Translations under genes and position numbers: made by a program
Shown here: positions 22,665 to 31,624 of the stretch, in pieces
Layout of the letters: each line of letters starts with the position of its first letter
Numbering within the stretch: the first letter of the stretch is position 1
Source of the DNA: a virus
DNA: 37,412 nt
Virus record (IMG/VR): IMGVR_UViG_3300020147_000020
Location: 1 to 37,412 of that record
Direction: 5' to 3' (one strand)
The notes under the pieces: generated by a model
Seen by the model: the letters and a program-made list of their open reading frames with translations, nothing else
Database searches by the model: none
What the model was told of the DNA's origin: nothing

Positions 22665-24260
22665 ATGCAGGCCGTCAGTACCAACTTCAATAATGCGACC
22701 CTAGCAAGCTATCGTGAGCCAAAGTTTGGTGTTCTAATATCTTGGCTGAAGAACGTTGACCCAAGCACGAGCTTTTTTAAACTCGACTATTCACACTTAG
22801 ATGGAAACGATAAGCTGAAGGGAGTAGAAAGCAGCGTCAGCTTCTTTGATCGCTATGATTACGTGAATGAGAGTGCCTACGTTGAAAGTTGGCGCATTAC
22901 TAAAAAAGTCAGCTCAAGACCGTGGGGAGTTATCATGGCACAGGCCGAAGTTACCTTGAATAATGCCTCAAAGCGCTTTCTTCCTGGCTATGACCCCGTT
23001 ATCGGGGACCACATACTTCGCGACCGCCCCATCAAGATATCAGTTGGTTTTAACGGCGAGTTTATTAACCTATTTACCGGTTTTACCGAGAGGCCAATGA
23101 ACTCAATCGTCAACCGAAAGACCAAGCTACAGTGCTTCGACGCTATGTCTTATCTTAGTAATAAGAAGAGCAACTTGCCCCCTTTCGTAGACGTAAGAGC
23201 CCACGACATTATCGAAGCATTACTTATTGAGCAAGGGTTCGCGCCTAGTCAGTTTAATATTGAAGAGAGCTTGCAGCAGCCTATAGGGTACCTGTCGCCT
23301 AAAGACAAAGTGGTAACAGATATAATTCAAGACCTATGTGAAGCTGAGGGCGCACTTGCATTTGTGGATGAACAGGGCATCGTCCAGTGGTGGAATAGGC
23401 TTCACTCAACGTACAACCAAACGGACCAGTGGTACTTTGACTATACAAACATGAAGGATATCGAGTGGGATAGCACTAGCGTGATCAACGATGTATCCGT
23501 TAGGGCTCGACCATTGAAGCCTGCTGCTTATAACAAAATATTCGAGCTAGCCGAAGCCAGTGAAGAAACAGTAGTACCTCCTGGCGGGTCAACAGATATA
23601 TTCGCTGAGTTCAGAGATGACGAAGGAGAGTTTGTTGCCATAAGCGTTACACCGCCGATATACATTGCCAATAACGTCGGCACAAGCGTATACTCTACTA
23701 ACTTTAATATGGATGGTAGTGGGGCACCAGGTAACTCGTTTATCACACTGACAAGTACTTACAACTTCGGCAATAAGTACCGAATGACATTTGCCAATAG
23801 CGGCACTCAGCCTATTTATATCACGAACATACAACTATACGGCCAACCTGCTAAAGTCACTGCCATAAGCAGCCTTCCGCAAAGGAATCCGGCCAGCATT
23901 GATGAGTATGGCCTCAACCCCGACGATGGAGGTAACACTATAACCATCGAAAATGATTTAGTGCAAGATGCAGTCGCGGCAAACACACTGGGGTATATGT
24001 TAGTTCGATTCTTCAGTACTCCAATGGCACGGCTCAATATCAGTAACTTTTCTGCTCCTCAAATTCAAATTGGTGATGCAGTCAATATATCTATCGGCGA
24101 TACTGACGAAAGCCTGAGTGGCATAATCATGGGTTACTCTATCGGTATGGAATATCCATCTAAGTTTGACCAACAAGTGTACGTCGAGCAGCGATCTTCA
24201 CAAACATACTTCCAGCTTGACCACTCCCAATTAGATGGTACTGATAGACTAGCGCTTTAA
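22665..24260 (+). CDS. tail-associated/baseplate hub (Tal-like) protein
   Basis: 531 aa, located after the Dit-like gene. Confidence 0.6.
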   Translation: MQAVSTNFNNATLASYREPKFGVLISWLKNVDPSTSFFKLDYSHLDGNDKLKGVESSVSFFDRYDYVNESAYVESWRITKKVSSRPWGVIMAQAEVTLNNASKRFLPGYDPVIGDHILRDRPIKISVGFNGEFINLFTGFTERPMNSIVNRKTKLQCFDAMSYLSNKKSNLPPFVDVRAHDIIEALLIEQGFAPSQFNIEESLQQPIGYLSPKDKVVTDIIQDLCEAEGALAFVDEQGIVQWWNRLHSTYNQTDQWYFDYTNMKDIEWDSTSVINDVSVRARPLKPAAYNKIFELAEASEETVVPPGGSTDIFAEFRDDEGEFVAISVTPPIYIANNVGTSVYSTNFNMDGSGAPGNSFITLTSTYNFGNKYRMTFANSGTQPIYITNIQLYGQPAKVTAISSLPQRNPASIDEYGLNPDDGGNTITIENDLVQDAVAANTLGYMLVRFFSTPMARLNISNFSAPQIQIGDAVNISIGDTDESLSGIIMGYSIGMEYPSKFDQQVYVEQRSSQTYFQLDHSQLDGTDRLAL

Positions 24261-24286
24261 TGTTATAATTACAGAAAGGAGACACC

Positions 24287-24829
24287 ATGGGTGAACATGA
24301 AAAAAACGATTCAGGAATAGCCAGAGAAAATCTAGTTGACTATCCTAAGCAGGACGAGTCAGAACTAGAGCAGATGGCTGATTTTTACGCTAAGCAGTAT
24401 GGCATGGTGTATTTTGTTCGATGCCTTAACTGTAAGCGCGTGATAGCCGTTGAGGTGCCGCAGCCCGGAGGAAACACGGCACGAGGTATGCAGATATTTG
24501 GTTATCAGAACCTATTCATGACAACCCGTACACGTCTCGACAAGACGCCTAGCGGCAAGCCTATGATCGGGTACGAGTGCGCCTGTGGCAACGACACGCG
24601 ACTTTCTGAAGTCGAAAGAGGTGTAGTGCCTACGCATACCACTGTCATCGATAAATCAGGAAATATCGTGTCGTCTGATGGTCCGCTTCCGTCTTTAAGC
24701 CCATTCGAAAGAGACAAGATGCGCAAAAGTGTCGCTGAGGTTGCTTCAAACAATGACTATAAAGCCGACTATGAGGCTGACGGTGTAAAAGAACGGTATG
24801 AAACGTTTATCGTAGAGAGGGTAAAATAA
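24287..24829 (+). CDS. hypothetical protein with a Cys4 zinc ribbon (CLNC...CACG)
   Basis: 180-aa ORF with a strong AAGGAGA RBS. Confidence 0.7.
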   Translation: MGEHEKNDSGIARENLVDYPKQDESELEQMADFYAKQYGMVYFVRCLNCKRVIAVEVPQPGGNTARGMQIFGYQNLFMTTRTRLDKTPSGKPMIGYECACGNDTRLSEVERGVVPTHTTVIDKSGNIVSSDGPLPSLSPFERDKMRKSVAEVASNNDYKADYEADGVKERYETFIVERVK

Positions 24830-25335
24830 TGCCATCGAGTGGTTATACTGCACTAACTTTCGTAGCTGACGAGCTACTAACATCAACAAAAATGAACATG
24901 ATGGCTGCTAACGATGCCTCCTTCAACAACGGAAACGGCTTTAATGATGGTATATTAGTTACGCGTCACTTTGGCGCCGCACAGATAACAGCCGATAAGG
25001 TTGACTTGAGCGCCCAGCCAGCCTGGATTACACCCACCCTAGTAAACGGATGGGCCGACTACGGCTCAGGCTTCTCGCCGATTCGATACATGAAGGATAG
25101 CATGGGCTTTGTGCGAATTAGGGGGATGGTAAAAAGCGGTACTATTAACGCTACAATGTTCACTCTTCCGGTTGGCTACAGGCCAGTGGGAACAAGCATG
25201 TTCGTAGGGATGTCGGGTGGCGGTGCCGTTCGAATCGACATCACGGCTACGGGTGCTGTTGCTACAGTTGGTGGCGCCGCAGGAACGCAGAGTTTTACAT
25301 CCTTAGAAAATATTGTATTTAAAGCTGAAAATTAA
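24829..25335 (+). CDS. receptor-binding/tail-fibre tip candidate
   Basis: The N-terminus (MPSSGYTALTFVADELLTSTKMNMMAANDASF) and the pattern W..L.NGW.DYG...Y.KD..G.V...G...G.....FTLP.GYRP resemble prophage fibre tips. Confidence 0.6.
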   Translation: MPSSGYTALTFVADELLTSTKMNMMAANDASFNNGNGFNDGILVTRHFGAAQITADKVDLSAQPAWITPTLVNGWADYGSGFSPIRYMKDSMGFVRIRGMVKSGTINATMFTLPVGYRPVGTSMFVGMSGGGAVRIDITATGAVATVGGAAGTQSFTSLENIVFKAEN

Positions 25336-25337
25336 TA

Positions 25338-25931
25338 ATGCCTAGTTTTGACAAATCCTCCAGGGACTATGCTGTACCCGTTAGAGGCTCTATATTCGGC
25401 CTTAACTACACCGATGATACAGAGAGAGACCTGAGTGAAACCGGCTCAAAGTTAAACTCAAATCCAGATAGTCGGCCTTTGACTGGTGCGCCAAAGAATA
25501 GCCCAATTATATTACCTTTTCCCTCAAAAAATAATGCGCTTCGCATTCTCTACCCACACTATGGGGATATAGCAGAGTGTTTTGCCGACTTAATGATGAC
25601 AGTCGCAGCAGCGGACAGTGACCTAACGCTGAAGCTAGCTATAGGTTACTTTACAGATAATTACTTTACTGCACAGACTGCCTATAGTGATACATACATA
25701 AACGAATCTTGGCTGAAGATAAGAGGAACGACGAACCCGCTAACAGTATCAGAGGGCGTTATTGCGGCGGATTTGCTTAACTTACTGCCTGCGATGCCTA
25801 AATATGGAAGTAGCGACTTTAAAAACGATGGCTTTGTGTTGGTTGTTGCCTTTAATCGCGTACCAATTTCGACTGGAACATACAAATTTGATTACCTGAA
25901 CATTCATCAAAGCGTAACAGGAATAAAATAA
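25338..25931 (+). CDS. hypothetical tail-module protein
   Basis: 197-aa ORF tightly packed in the operon. Confidence 0.7.
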   Translation: MPSFDKSSRDYAVPVRGSIFGLNYTDDTERDLSETGSKLNSNPDSRPLTGAPKNSPIILPFPSKNNALRILYPHYGDIAECFADLMMTVAAADSDLTLKLAIGYFTDNYFTAQTAYSDTYINESWLKIRGTTNPLTVSEGVIAADLLNLLPAMPKYGSSDFKNDGFVLVVAFNRVPISTGTYKFDYLNIHQSVTGIK

Positions 25932-26480
25932 ATGGCACAATCAAGGTTTGTATCCACCTTTCCGGTCGGCCAGATACGTGGCTCAGATTACTCATACAAC
26001 CCGGGTTGCGGAGGGCTAGGCGCGGGCTCGTGTGTTTTACCAGCCAACTTCTCTTATATCTACTGGCCAATTAAGGTTAATCCGTTTTCAGTGTTTAACA
26101 AGCAACTGACTCTTCGCAATACGTCTTTCTTGCCTTACCTCAACGCGGGCTCGAATGGGACTTGTGCTAACTCGAATGGTGCACAACAAAGCTTCGATAT
26201 TTACTTGATGTATAAGGCGCCAGTGGCGAGCCTCAATACTTCACTGGCTGTGTCTAGGGTAGTTGTGCCAAACAATGTTACCCTGCCGTTCGACGTTACC
26301 TTTGAAGGAAATATGGCGGATATAAGTAAAAACCAGCTTCCTCAGCCTACCAGTCCACAGTACGAGCGGATAATTTGGGTTGTGCTTGATCTTAAGCAAA
26401 CAGGATTAATGACCGGTGGGTTACCACAGGTCGGGGAGGCAATGAAAACGATTCACTTAGACTGGGAGGGGCAGCCATGA
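25932..26480 (+). CDS. hypothetical tail-module protein
   Basis: 182-aa ORF whose start abuts the previous stop. Confidence 0.7.
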   Translation: MAQSRFVSTFPVGQIRGSDYSYNPGCGGLGAGSCVLPANFSYIYWPIKVNPFSVFNKQLTLRNTSFLPYLNAGSNGTCANSNGAQQSFDIYLMYKAPVASLNTSLAVSRVVVPNNVTLPFDVTFEGNMADISKNQLPQPTSPQYERIIWVVLDLKQTGLMTGGLPQVGEAMKTIHLDWEGQP

Positions 26481-26995
26481 GCATTAGAAACAGAAATGAA
26501 GATTACACCCACCAATATAAGTCCATATCAGTCGCGAATGGTATTTACTGCGGTTACAATCCAGTACTAACAGTAAACGTCCCCTCGGACCTTATTGAAC
26601 TAAAGAACTTGTATTGTCGTATCGTTATGCTGTCAGATGACGATGTTCCCACCAATAAGCGCAAGCTATACTGGATAGGAGGCGACCCCAAGGTGTCATA
26701 TAACCCAATTACTGATGGCCTTCTAGTTGATGCTGTTCAGCCAAACATGATGTACCTCAATGCTTTAGCTAACGGTTCTGGCTACATTGATGTGTCAGTT
26801 GATCTAACGCATATTATCGATAAGCTTACGTTCAGCACTGGCAATACGATGGTCGCAGGTTCTGCTAGCCAGCCAAACTTTGAGCTTAATCTAATAGTGG
26901 ATACGGAGAATTACGTTGGTATGACTGGCCGCCACAATGGTACTATGGTCTTATGGAAGACGGACATGATCTATACTACCCGGGGAATACAGTAA
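26477..26995 (+). CDS. hypothetical tail-module protein
   Basis: 172-aa ORF with an ATGA overlap. Confidence 0.7.
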   Translation: MSIRNRNEDYTHQYKSISVANGIYCGYNPVLTVNVPSDLIELKNLYCRIVMLSDDDVPTNKRKLYWIGGDPKVSYNPITDGLLVDAVQPNMMYLNALANGSGYIDVSVDLTHIIDKLTFSTGNTMVAGSASQPNFELNLIVDTENYVGMTGRHNGTMVLWKTDMIYTTRGIQ

Positions 26996-27036
26996 ACTAT
27001 CCTCCTTCACCGGGTAGAAAAAGAAAACAAAAAACA

Positions 27037-27282
27037 ATGAATATTGACGGGTACCTTTTTACCCGCAAAGTTATGAATTACGAGCCAAAAGTATGTGCAA
27101 CAAGTCGTTGTTTATGGTGTGATACTAGTTTTTCCCAATATATGGTTATTTGTATGGCGTGCGGCAACTGCCAGTACTGCGGTCTATACGCGCCAGACGC
27201 ATTCGGTAAGTGCCTTCACTGCGGCAACCACTTGCCCGAAGAACTGTCTAGCATTACCACATTGAGGCCAGAAGTAGAATAA
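27037..27282 (+). CDS. Cys-rich double zinc-ribbon protein
   Basis: Contains CLWC...CMACGNCQYCG...CLHCGNH. The internal ATG at 27037 is preferred over 26953 to avoid a 43-nt overlap, but the start remains uncertain. Confidence 0.55.
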   Translation: MNIDGYLFTRKVMNYEPKVCATSRCLWCDTSFSQYMVICMACGNCQYCGLYAPDAFGKCLHCGNHLPEELSSITTLRPEVE

Positions 27283-27306
27283 CATGATATAGTTATAGTA
27301 ACAGTT

Positions 27307-27630
27307 ATGAAAACCGAGAATGACTCACAGCAGCAGCTCAAGGATGATGTCACTGAGCTAAAGGTCACGATGAAACAGGTGGTTCAGCCATCGCTTCAGC
27401 GTATCGAGTCTACTATCGAGAAAATGTCTTTTGTGTCTAAAAGCGAATATGCCGACGATCGTATAAAGATAGAGGCCGAGCTGAACGAGTTACGCAAGTT
27501 TCAACAGGAAGCACAGCCAGCAGTTAAGTTTTTTAATGCACTAAACAGCAGATGGACGCAGGTATTAATAGGGGCCTTACTTGCAGCTGCAGGATACGCA
27601 ATAGCAAATAACTTAATAAAGGTTGTGTAA
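27307..27630 (+). CDS. XhlA-like lysis-associated membrane protein
   Basis: An N-terminal coiled coil plus a single C-terminal TM helix (VLIGALLAAAGYAIANNLI), matching the XhlA architecture. It sits at the head of the lysis cassette. Confidence 0.55.
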   Translation: MKTENDSQQQLKDDVTELKVTMKQVVQPSLQRIESTIEKMSFVSKSEYADDRIKIEAELNELRKFQQEAQPAVKFFNALNSRWTQVLIGALLAAAGYAIANNLIKVV

Positions 27631-28397
27631 TGAGATTACCAAAATTTATCACGTTTGGAAGATTAAACTTCTTCTTGTTTCTAGTAATACTGATCGGCTT
27701 CCTTGTACTTCTCCTTGTCCCAATTGAGCCCATAAAGGTATCGAAAGTAGACCTCTTGACCAAACAAGTAAGGGCGGGCGAAGAGATAACTTACGTAATT
27801 GAATTCTGCAAAAACGTCGACTCTGACATACTTGGAGAGGTCGACCGTTTCTTAGTAGATACCAAGAACGACAAGACGAGGCCCATCGAGTTATCTGGCA
27901 GTCAAGCAAATGGGCCTAAAGGGTGCCGCAAATTGGAGATTGGAGTGTTATTGCCACTTAACGTTCCTGAGTCAACTTACCGGTTGCGATTTGTATACAA
28001 GTATTATCCATCTCTCTTTCGACCACCAATCGTAGTAACCGTAGAGCCGAAGGACTTTCTAGTAGTAAAGAAGGCGGATATTCGCGGGTCTTTGCAAAAG
28101 ATAACTAAGCAACTTGCTGAAATAGAAAAAGAGCTAACAACACCACCCCAAGTATCTGCCGCTACTACAGAAGAACCTTCTAAAACATACGACCCTACAG
28201 TCGACAGTGGCGGACAGGTCAATGCCCCTTCTAATTCACAGCCTCAGCAGACTTTCCCGGCCCCATCGGCCACAACCTCACAGCCGCAAGTTAATAGCCG
28301 TAAGCCCGAGGCAGATGATGATATTAACGAAGAAGATCGCTCACACCTCGCACCACTACTGCAATATGTTTTTCACAAACTTAGGCTACAGCAATGA
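27630..28397 (+). CDS. membrane-anchored protein with a Pro/Gln/Ser-rich linker
   Basis: An N-terminal TM helix (FFLFLVILIGFLVLLLV) is followed by a beta-rich domain and a low-complexity tail. Confidence 0.7.
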   Translation: MRLPKFITFGRLNFFLFLVILIGFLVLLLVPIEPIKVSKVDLLTKQVRAGEEITYVIEFCKNVDSDILGEVDRFLVDTKNDKTRPIELSGSQANGPKGCRKLEIGVLLPLNVPESTYRLRFVYKYYPSLFRPPIVVTVEPKDFLVVKKADIRGSLQKITKQLAEIEKELTTPPQVSAATTEEPSKTYDPTVDSGGQVNAPSNSQPQQTFPAPSATTSQPQVNSRKPEADDDINEEDRSHLAPLLQYVFHKLRLQQ

Positions 28398-29314
28398 TAA
28401 AGGCAGATTATTTCGTACACCCTATGAGATTCACGGGGGACTACTTTAAAGGCCCCTGGTCTGGATACAGGTTCAAAGAGCCACTCGGGTACGCGCCAGG
28501 CGTGCATACTGGCGTTGACTATAACCGTGATGCTGGCGGGCAGGACGGTAACGTTGATAAAGGCGACGCTGCTTTTGCGGTTGCCGACGGTGAAGTCATA
28601 TTAGTTATTGACAAAACTGATATTGGGTTTGGTAAAACTATTATTATGCGCCACGAAGCAACCGAAAGGCTGCGAAGGCGTATTGGTATGGCCTCTTTTT
28701 ACACTCGAATGATGCACTTTGATACTACTTTTGTAAAAGCGGGCAATGTCGTAAAAGCTGGAGAGAGGATAGCAACTGTCGGAAACACCGGTACACAGTA
28801 TGTGCATATCCATTTAGACATGTGGGATGCTAGTAAGATGGGGTGGCACCTAATTTATCATAGCAATAGTCCTCTGATACAATATTATGTAGACCCTTTC
28901 AAGGTCATCCAAAGCAATCTTAAGGGAGACGAAGATATGATTGAGGATAAGGACAATCAATTCCGGCGCTGGCAGAAGTTAGCACGCCAGATACGTGGCC
29001 AGCGCTTCGATGAGAAGGGCAGCCCGCGACCGTTCTCACGTGATGAGTTCAAGCGCTCGGCCGTTGGGCAAACATGGCTTAGAGCTATGGAGATACTGTC
29101 TGATAGCGAGGAGGCGGACTTAAACGAACAACGAGCTGCACTCGGTTGGAAGGCGGAACGAGATAACTGGCGCGACCAAATACTTAGTAACAAGAAGCGG
29201 GCCGACGAGGCTGAGGCAAAGCTGAAAGAGTCAGTAGTGCCAGAAGCAATTGCAGAGCGGATTGTTGAAAGAGTATCGGCTGATGTAAGCAAACTAATAA
29301 CAGGAAAGAAATAA
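28394..29314 (+). CDS. M23 (LytM-type) peptidase endolysin with a helical C-terminal domain
   Basis: Contains the HxxxD (HTGVDY) and HxH (HIHLD) metal-ligand motifs of M23 peptidases. Confidence 0.85.
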   Translation: MIKADYFVHPMRFTGDYFKGPWSGYRFKEPLGYAPGVHTGVDYNRDAGGQDGNVDKGDAAFAVADGEVILVIDKTDIGFGKTIIMRHEATERLRRRIGMASFYTRMMHFDTTFVKAGNVVKAGERIATVGNTGTQYVHIHLDMWDASKMGWHLIYHSNSPLIQYYVDPFKVIQSNLKGDEDMIEDKDNQFRRWQKLARQIRGQRFDEKGSPRPFSRDEFKRSAVGQTWLRAMEILSDSEEADLNEQRAALGWKAERDNWRDQILSNKKRADEAEAKLKESVVPEAIAERIVERVSADVSKLITGKK

Positions 29315-29518
29315 ATGTCAAGAGTAATATTAATACCAATTCGGTTCCCGTTGCCTAAAATCATTCAACCCAAAGTGATTTACCACAGGGTTGCTTCTGG
29401 AGAGAATTTAACGGTCATTGCAAGGAAATACAACACCACAGTAGATAAGATATTAAAGCTTAACCGCATCCCCAACCCAAACCTTATCCATCCAGGTTGG
29501 GTTATTAGAGTAAGATAA
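29315..29518 (+). CDS. stand-alone LysM domain protein
   Basis: YHRVASGENLTVIARKYNTTVDKILKLNRIPNPNLIHPGWVIRV is a complete LysM motif. The ATG abuts the endolysin stop codon. Confidence 0.85.
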   Translation: MSRVILIPIRFPLPKIIQPKVIYHRVASGENLTVIARKYNTTVDKILKLNRIPNPNLIHPGWVIRVR

Positions 29519-29530
29519 GGAGACACATAA

Positions 29531-29821
29531 ATGGAATTTCTAGCATCAGTCACCGCTATATCGGCCGCGAGTGTCGTAGTTGCCGTGCAGGTATTAAAGA
29601 TGGAAGCTATACCAGTAAAATTCGTTAACAAGTACCCTGCATTGACGAATATTATTATTAGTTTTGTGGCTGCTACGATTGCTACGCTTGGTTCCGTAGC
29701 TTCAGGCAGAGAGCTAACGCTTATGGACTACCTGTTCTTAGCTGTGTCTATCCCGGTAGTAGCATCAATTACTTATAACCAGCTCGGTAAGAAGGTAGTT
29801 GAAGAAACCAAGCCACTTTGA
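29531..29821 (+). CDS. holin candidate
   Basis: 96 aa with 3 predicted TM segments, a charged C-terminus and a strong AAGGAGA RBS. Confidence 0.65.
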   Translation: MEFLASVTAISAASVVVAVQVLKMEAIPVKFVNKYPALTNIIISFVAATIATLGSVASGRELTLMDYLFLAVSIPVVASITYNQLGKKVVEETKPL

Positions 29822-29920
29822 TAGCATAAGAGTATTAGCTGCTCACGTGGCTATGCACCTGGAGGTAACTCATAGAATCTAGCACATCGCCCACCCAAGA
29901 AGTGATGTGTGCGCCAATGA

Positions 29921-29960
29921 AAAAGCACCCTGGTATCAGTTGCCGATAAGGGTGCTTTTT
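29921..29960. terminator. Bidirectional intrinsic terminator between the convergent late and early units
   Basis: An 11-bp stem (aaaagcaccct with agggtgctttt) flanked by A and T runs. Confidence 0.85.
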
Positions 29961-29964
29961 CTAT

Positions 29965-30711
29965 TTACCACCAAGTATGATCTTTGTACACGGTAGTACC
30001 GGTTCGTGCGCTGTAACAATTGCCAGTGCACTTTCTGAAGTTCCATGCCGCGGCCCATCCACCATATGCCTGAGCATACTCGTGACACCACCTTAGCTGA
30101 GTGACAGGGTTAGTTTCCCAGTCACCTCCTGCTGATGACATCTTGTTTCCTGGTAGCGCTTGGCACAGCCCGTATGCTCCAGAGCCGGCAGTATTCCATC
30201 GAGTGGCGCCGTCCCATCCGCCTTCGGCACTAACTCCCTGGCACCCGGCTATAACGCAGTCAACATATACCCAATCGCTTTTTGGTATACCCGCTGCCTC
30301 CATCCAGGCTTCAGGGCTAGCTCCAGAAGATGCAGAAGCGGTCGCGCTAGCCGTCATGGCGCTAATAGCGACACTCGCCGCTCTCTCTGCCTCGGCTTTG
30401 GCTAGAGCTCTTGATTTGATCTTAGCTTGAAGTTTTTTCTCTAATTCTTTCTTCTGCTTTTCGAGGTGCTGCTTTTCAGCTTGAATTTTTTTCAGCTTAT
30501 TATCATTTTGCTTGTTTTTGTGAAGCTCAGCATCAAGGCTAGTATTAACTTTGTCGTATTTCAGTTCGAGTTCTTTTAGCTCCGAGCTGTACGATCTTAG
30601 TTTAATCTCCTGAAGCTGCAACTTATTGTTCGTAGATACTATGTAGTTGGTGCCATAGGCAGCGTATCCCACCATGATAATGCCTACAGCAACTATAATT
30701 AGTCGTTTCAT
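29965..30711 (-). CDS. secreted/anchored coiled-coil protein with a C-terminal Apf/transglycosylase-like cell-wall domain
   Basis: It has an N-terminal signal anchor and a K/E-rich coiled coil. The C-terminus (SGAYGLCQALPGNKMSSAGGDWETNPVTQLRW...YGGW) matches the aggregation-promoting-factor C-terminal-like pattern by recollection. Confidence 0.75.
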   Translation of the reverse strand: MKRLIIVAVGIIMVGYAAYGTNYIVSTNNKLQLQEIKLRSYSSELKELELKYDKVNTSLDAELHKNKQNDNKLKKIQAEKQHLEKQKKELEKKLQAKIKSRALAKAEAERAASVAISAMTASATASASSGASPEAWMEAAGIPKSDWVYVDCVIAGCQGVSAEGGWDGATRWNTAGSGAYGLCQALPGNKMSSAGGDWETNPVTQLRWCHEYAQAYGGWAAAWNFRKCTGNCYSARTGTTVYKDHTWW

Positions 30712-30754
30712 AACTCACCCGTCAGAAAGTGCGGTCGGTGGGTTAATTCTCCTT

Positions 30755-30967
30755 TTACTTAACGAATTTATAGACAGCAATACTAACCGCAAACACCGCT
30801 TGTGGGATGATAAATAACTTTGGCAGTACATCTTCTGTTCCAAAGAATATCATACAACTTGAGAATGCGATGCTTGCAACTACTACGAGCATTCCAAGCC
30901 ATAGCCATGATTGCTTGTTAGATTGCTTTTTGTTTTCGTTATTCTTTTTTGTTTCGCCGCTGCTCAT
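30755..30967 (-). CDS. small membrane protein
   Basis: 70 aa with two hydrophobic helices. It is the first gene after promoter copy P3. Confidence 0.65.
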   Translation of the reverse strand: MSSGETKKNNENKKQSNKQSWLWLGMLVVVASIAFSSCMIFFGTEDVLPKLFIIPQAVFAVSIAVYKFVK

Positions 30968-30996
30968 AACTCTTTCCTTTGTTTATTTGTATTATC

Positions 30997-31025
30997 AGTG
31001 TATCTCGCTAGAAGCTAATTGTCAA
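30997..31025 (-). promoter_or_regulatory. Conserved early promoter, copy P3 (TTGACA-17-TACACT)
   Basis: The minus strand reads TTGACA ATTAGCTTCTAGCGAGA TACACT. Confidence 0.6.
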
Positions 31026-31160
31026 TACTATCTTTTATAATATATGATTTACAGGGGTGACTATCATTGTATACCAGAAGATATATGTAGCAGACGTCTT
31101 CCCACATGAGCGTTGGGAGTGAGTTCACCCAACGCTCAGCCTGGTAACAGTTTGCACAGT

Positions 31161-31340
31161 TCATCTTGTTAGTACCACCAATAGAATCAGAGATATTATT
31201 ATCGTAAATATTGCGCTGCCGTAGAATCCGAATTGATGCCAGATATCAGCTGCTAGTAGTAGTGTTACCATGACCGCCAGAAAGCACAGCAGTCCAAGCA
31301 CGATTATTGATAGTAAAGCTGCCACTATTTTTAATAGCAT
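31161..31340 (-). CDS. 59-aa two-helix membrane protein
   Basis: Manual translation: MLLKIVAALLSIIVLGLLCFLAVMVTLLLAADIWHQFGFYGSAIFTIIISLILLVVLTR. It falls just below the track cutoff. Confidence 0.45.
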   Translation of the reverse strand: MLLKIVAALLSIIVLGLLCFLAVMVTLLLAADIWHQFGFYGSAIFTIIISLILLVVLTR

Positions 31341-31361
31341 TCTCCACCCTTTGTTTATGTT

Positions 31362-31616
31362 TTATAGTTCTTCTAATTTTAATTCATATCCCTCAAGAGT
31401 ATTAGGGTCTACTAAGTCTTTTTCCCTGATTATCTTACCGGAGGTCCGTTTTTGCACTCTTCCGCCTTTGGCGGCGTGTGGGTGGCCTTTTTCATAGCTA
31501 TAGCGTTTGCCGCCGAATGGGTTTTTTCGTTTCTTGCTAAGTTCACTATAATAGTTTGGGTTGTCTTTAGTTAGCTTTTGGGCGATGCGCTTACCGCCCT
31601 CTGATGTTCCTGCCAT
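31362..31616 (-). CDS. small basic KGG-motif protein (stress-protein-like)
   Basis: Contains GGKR...KKRKNPFGGKRY...AAKGGRV, a pattern of glycine-lysine repeats. Confidence 0.6.
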   Translation of the reverse strand: MAGTSEGGKRIAQKLTKDNPNYYSELSKKRKNPFGGKRYSYEKGHPHAAKGGRVQKRTSGKIIREKDLVDPNTLEGYELKLEEL

Positions 31617-31624
31617 AACTTCTC

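Noticed and set aside
26953-26995. The 43-nt overlap between ORF 26477-26995 and ORF 26953-27282 considered as a second programmed frameshift site.
   Set aside because: The overlap contains no X_XXY_YYZ heptamer in the zero frame (ACC CGG GGA is out of register). An internal ATG at 27037 gives a non-overlapping gene.
31108-31137. Perfect 10-bp hairpin (gagcgttggg/cccaacgctc) upstream of promoter P3, considered as a terminator.
   Set aside because: No U-run follows on either strand, and it lies within a plausible 49-aa coupled mini-ORF (31165-31016). It is probably an RNA stability or processing element at most.
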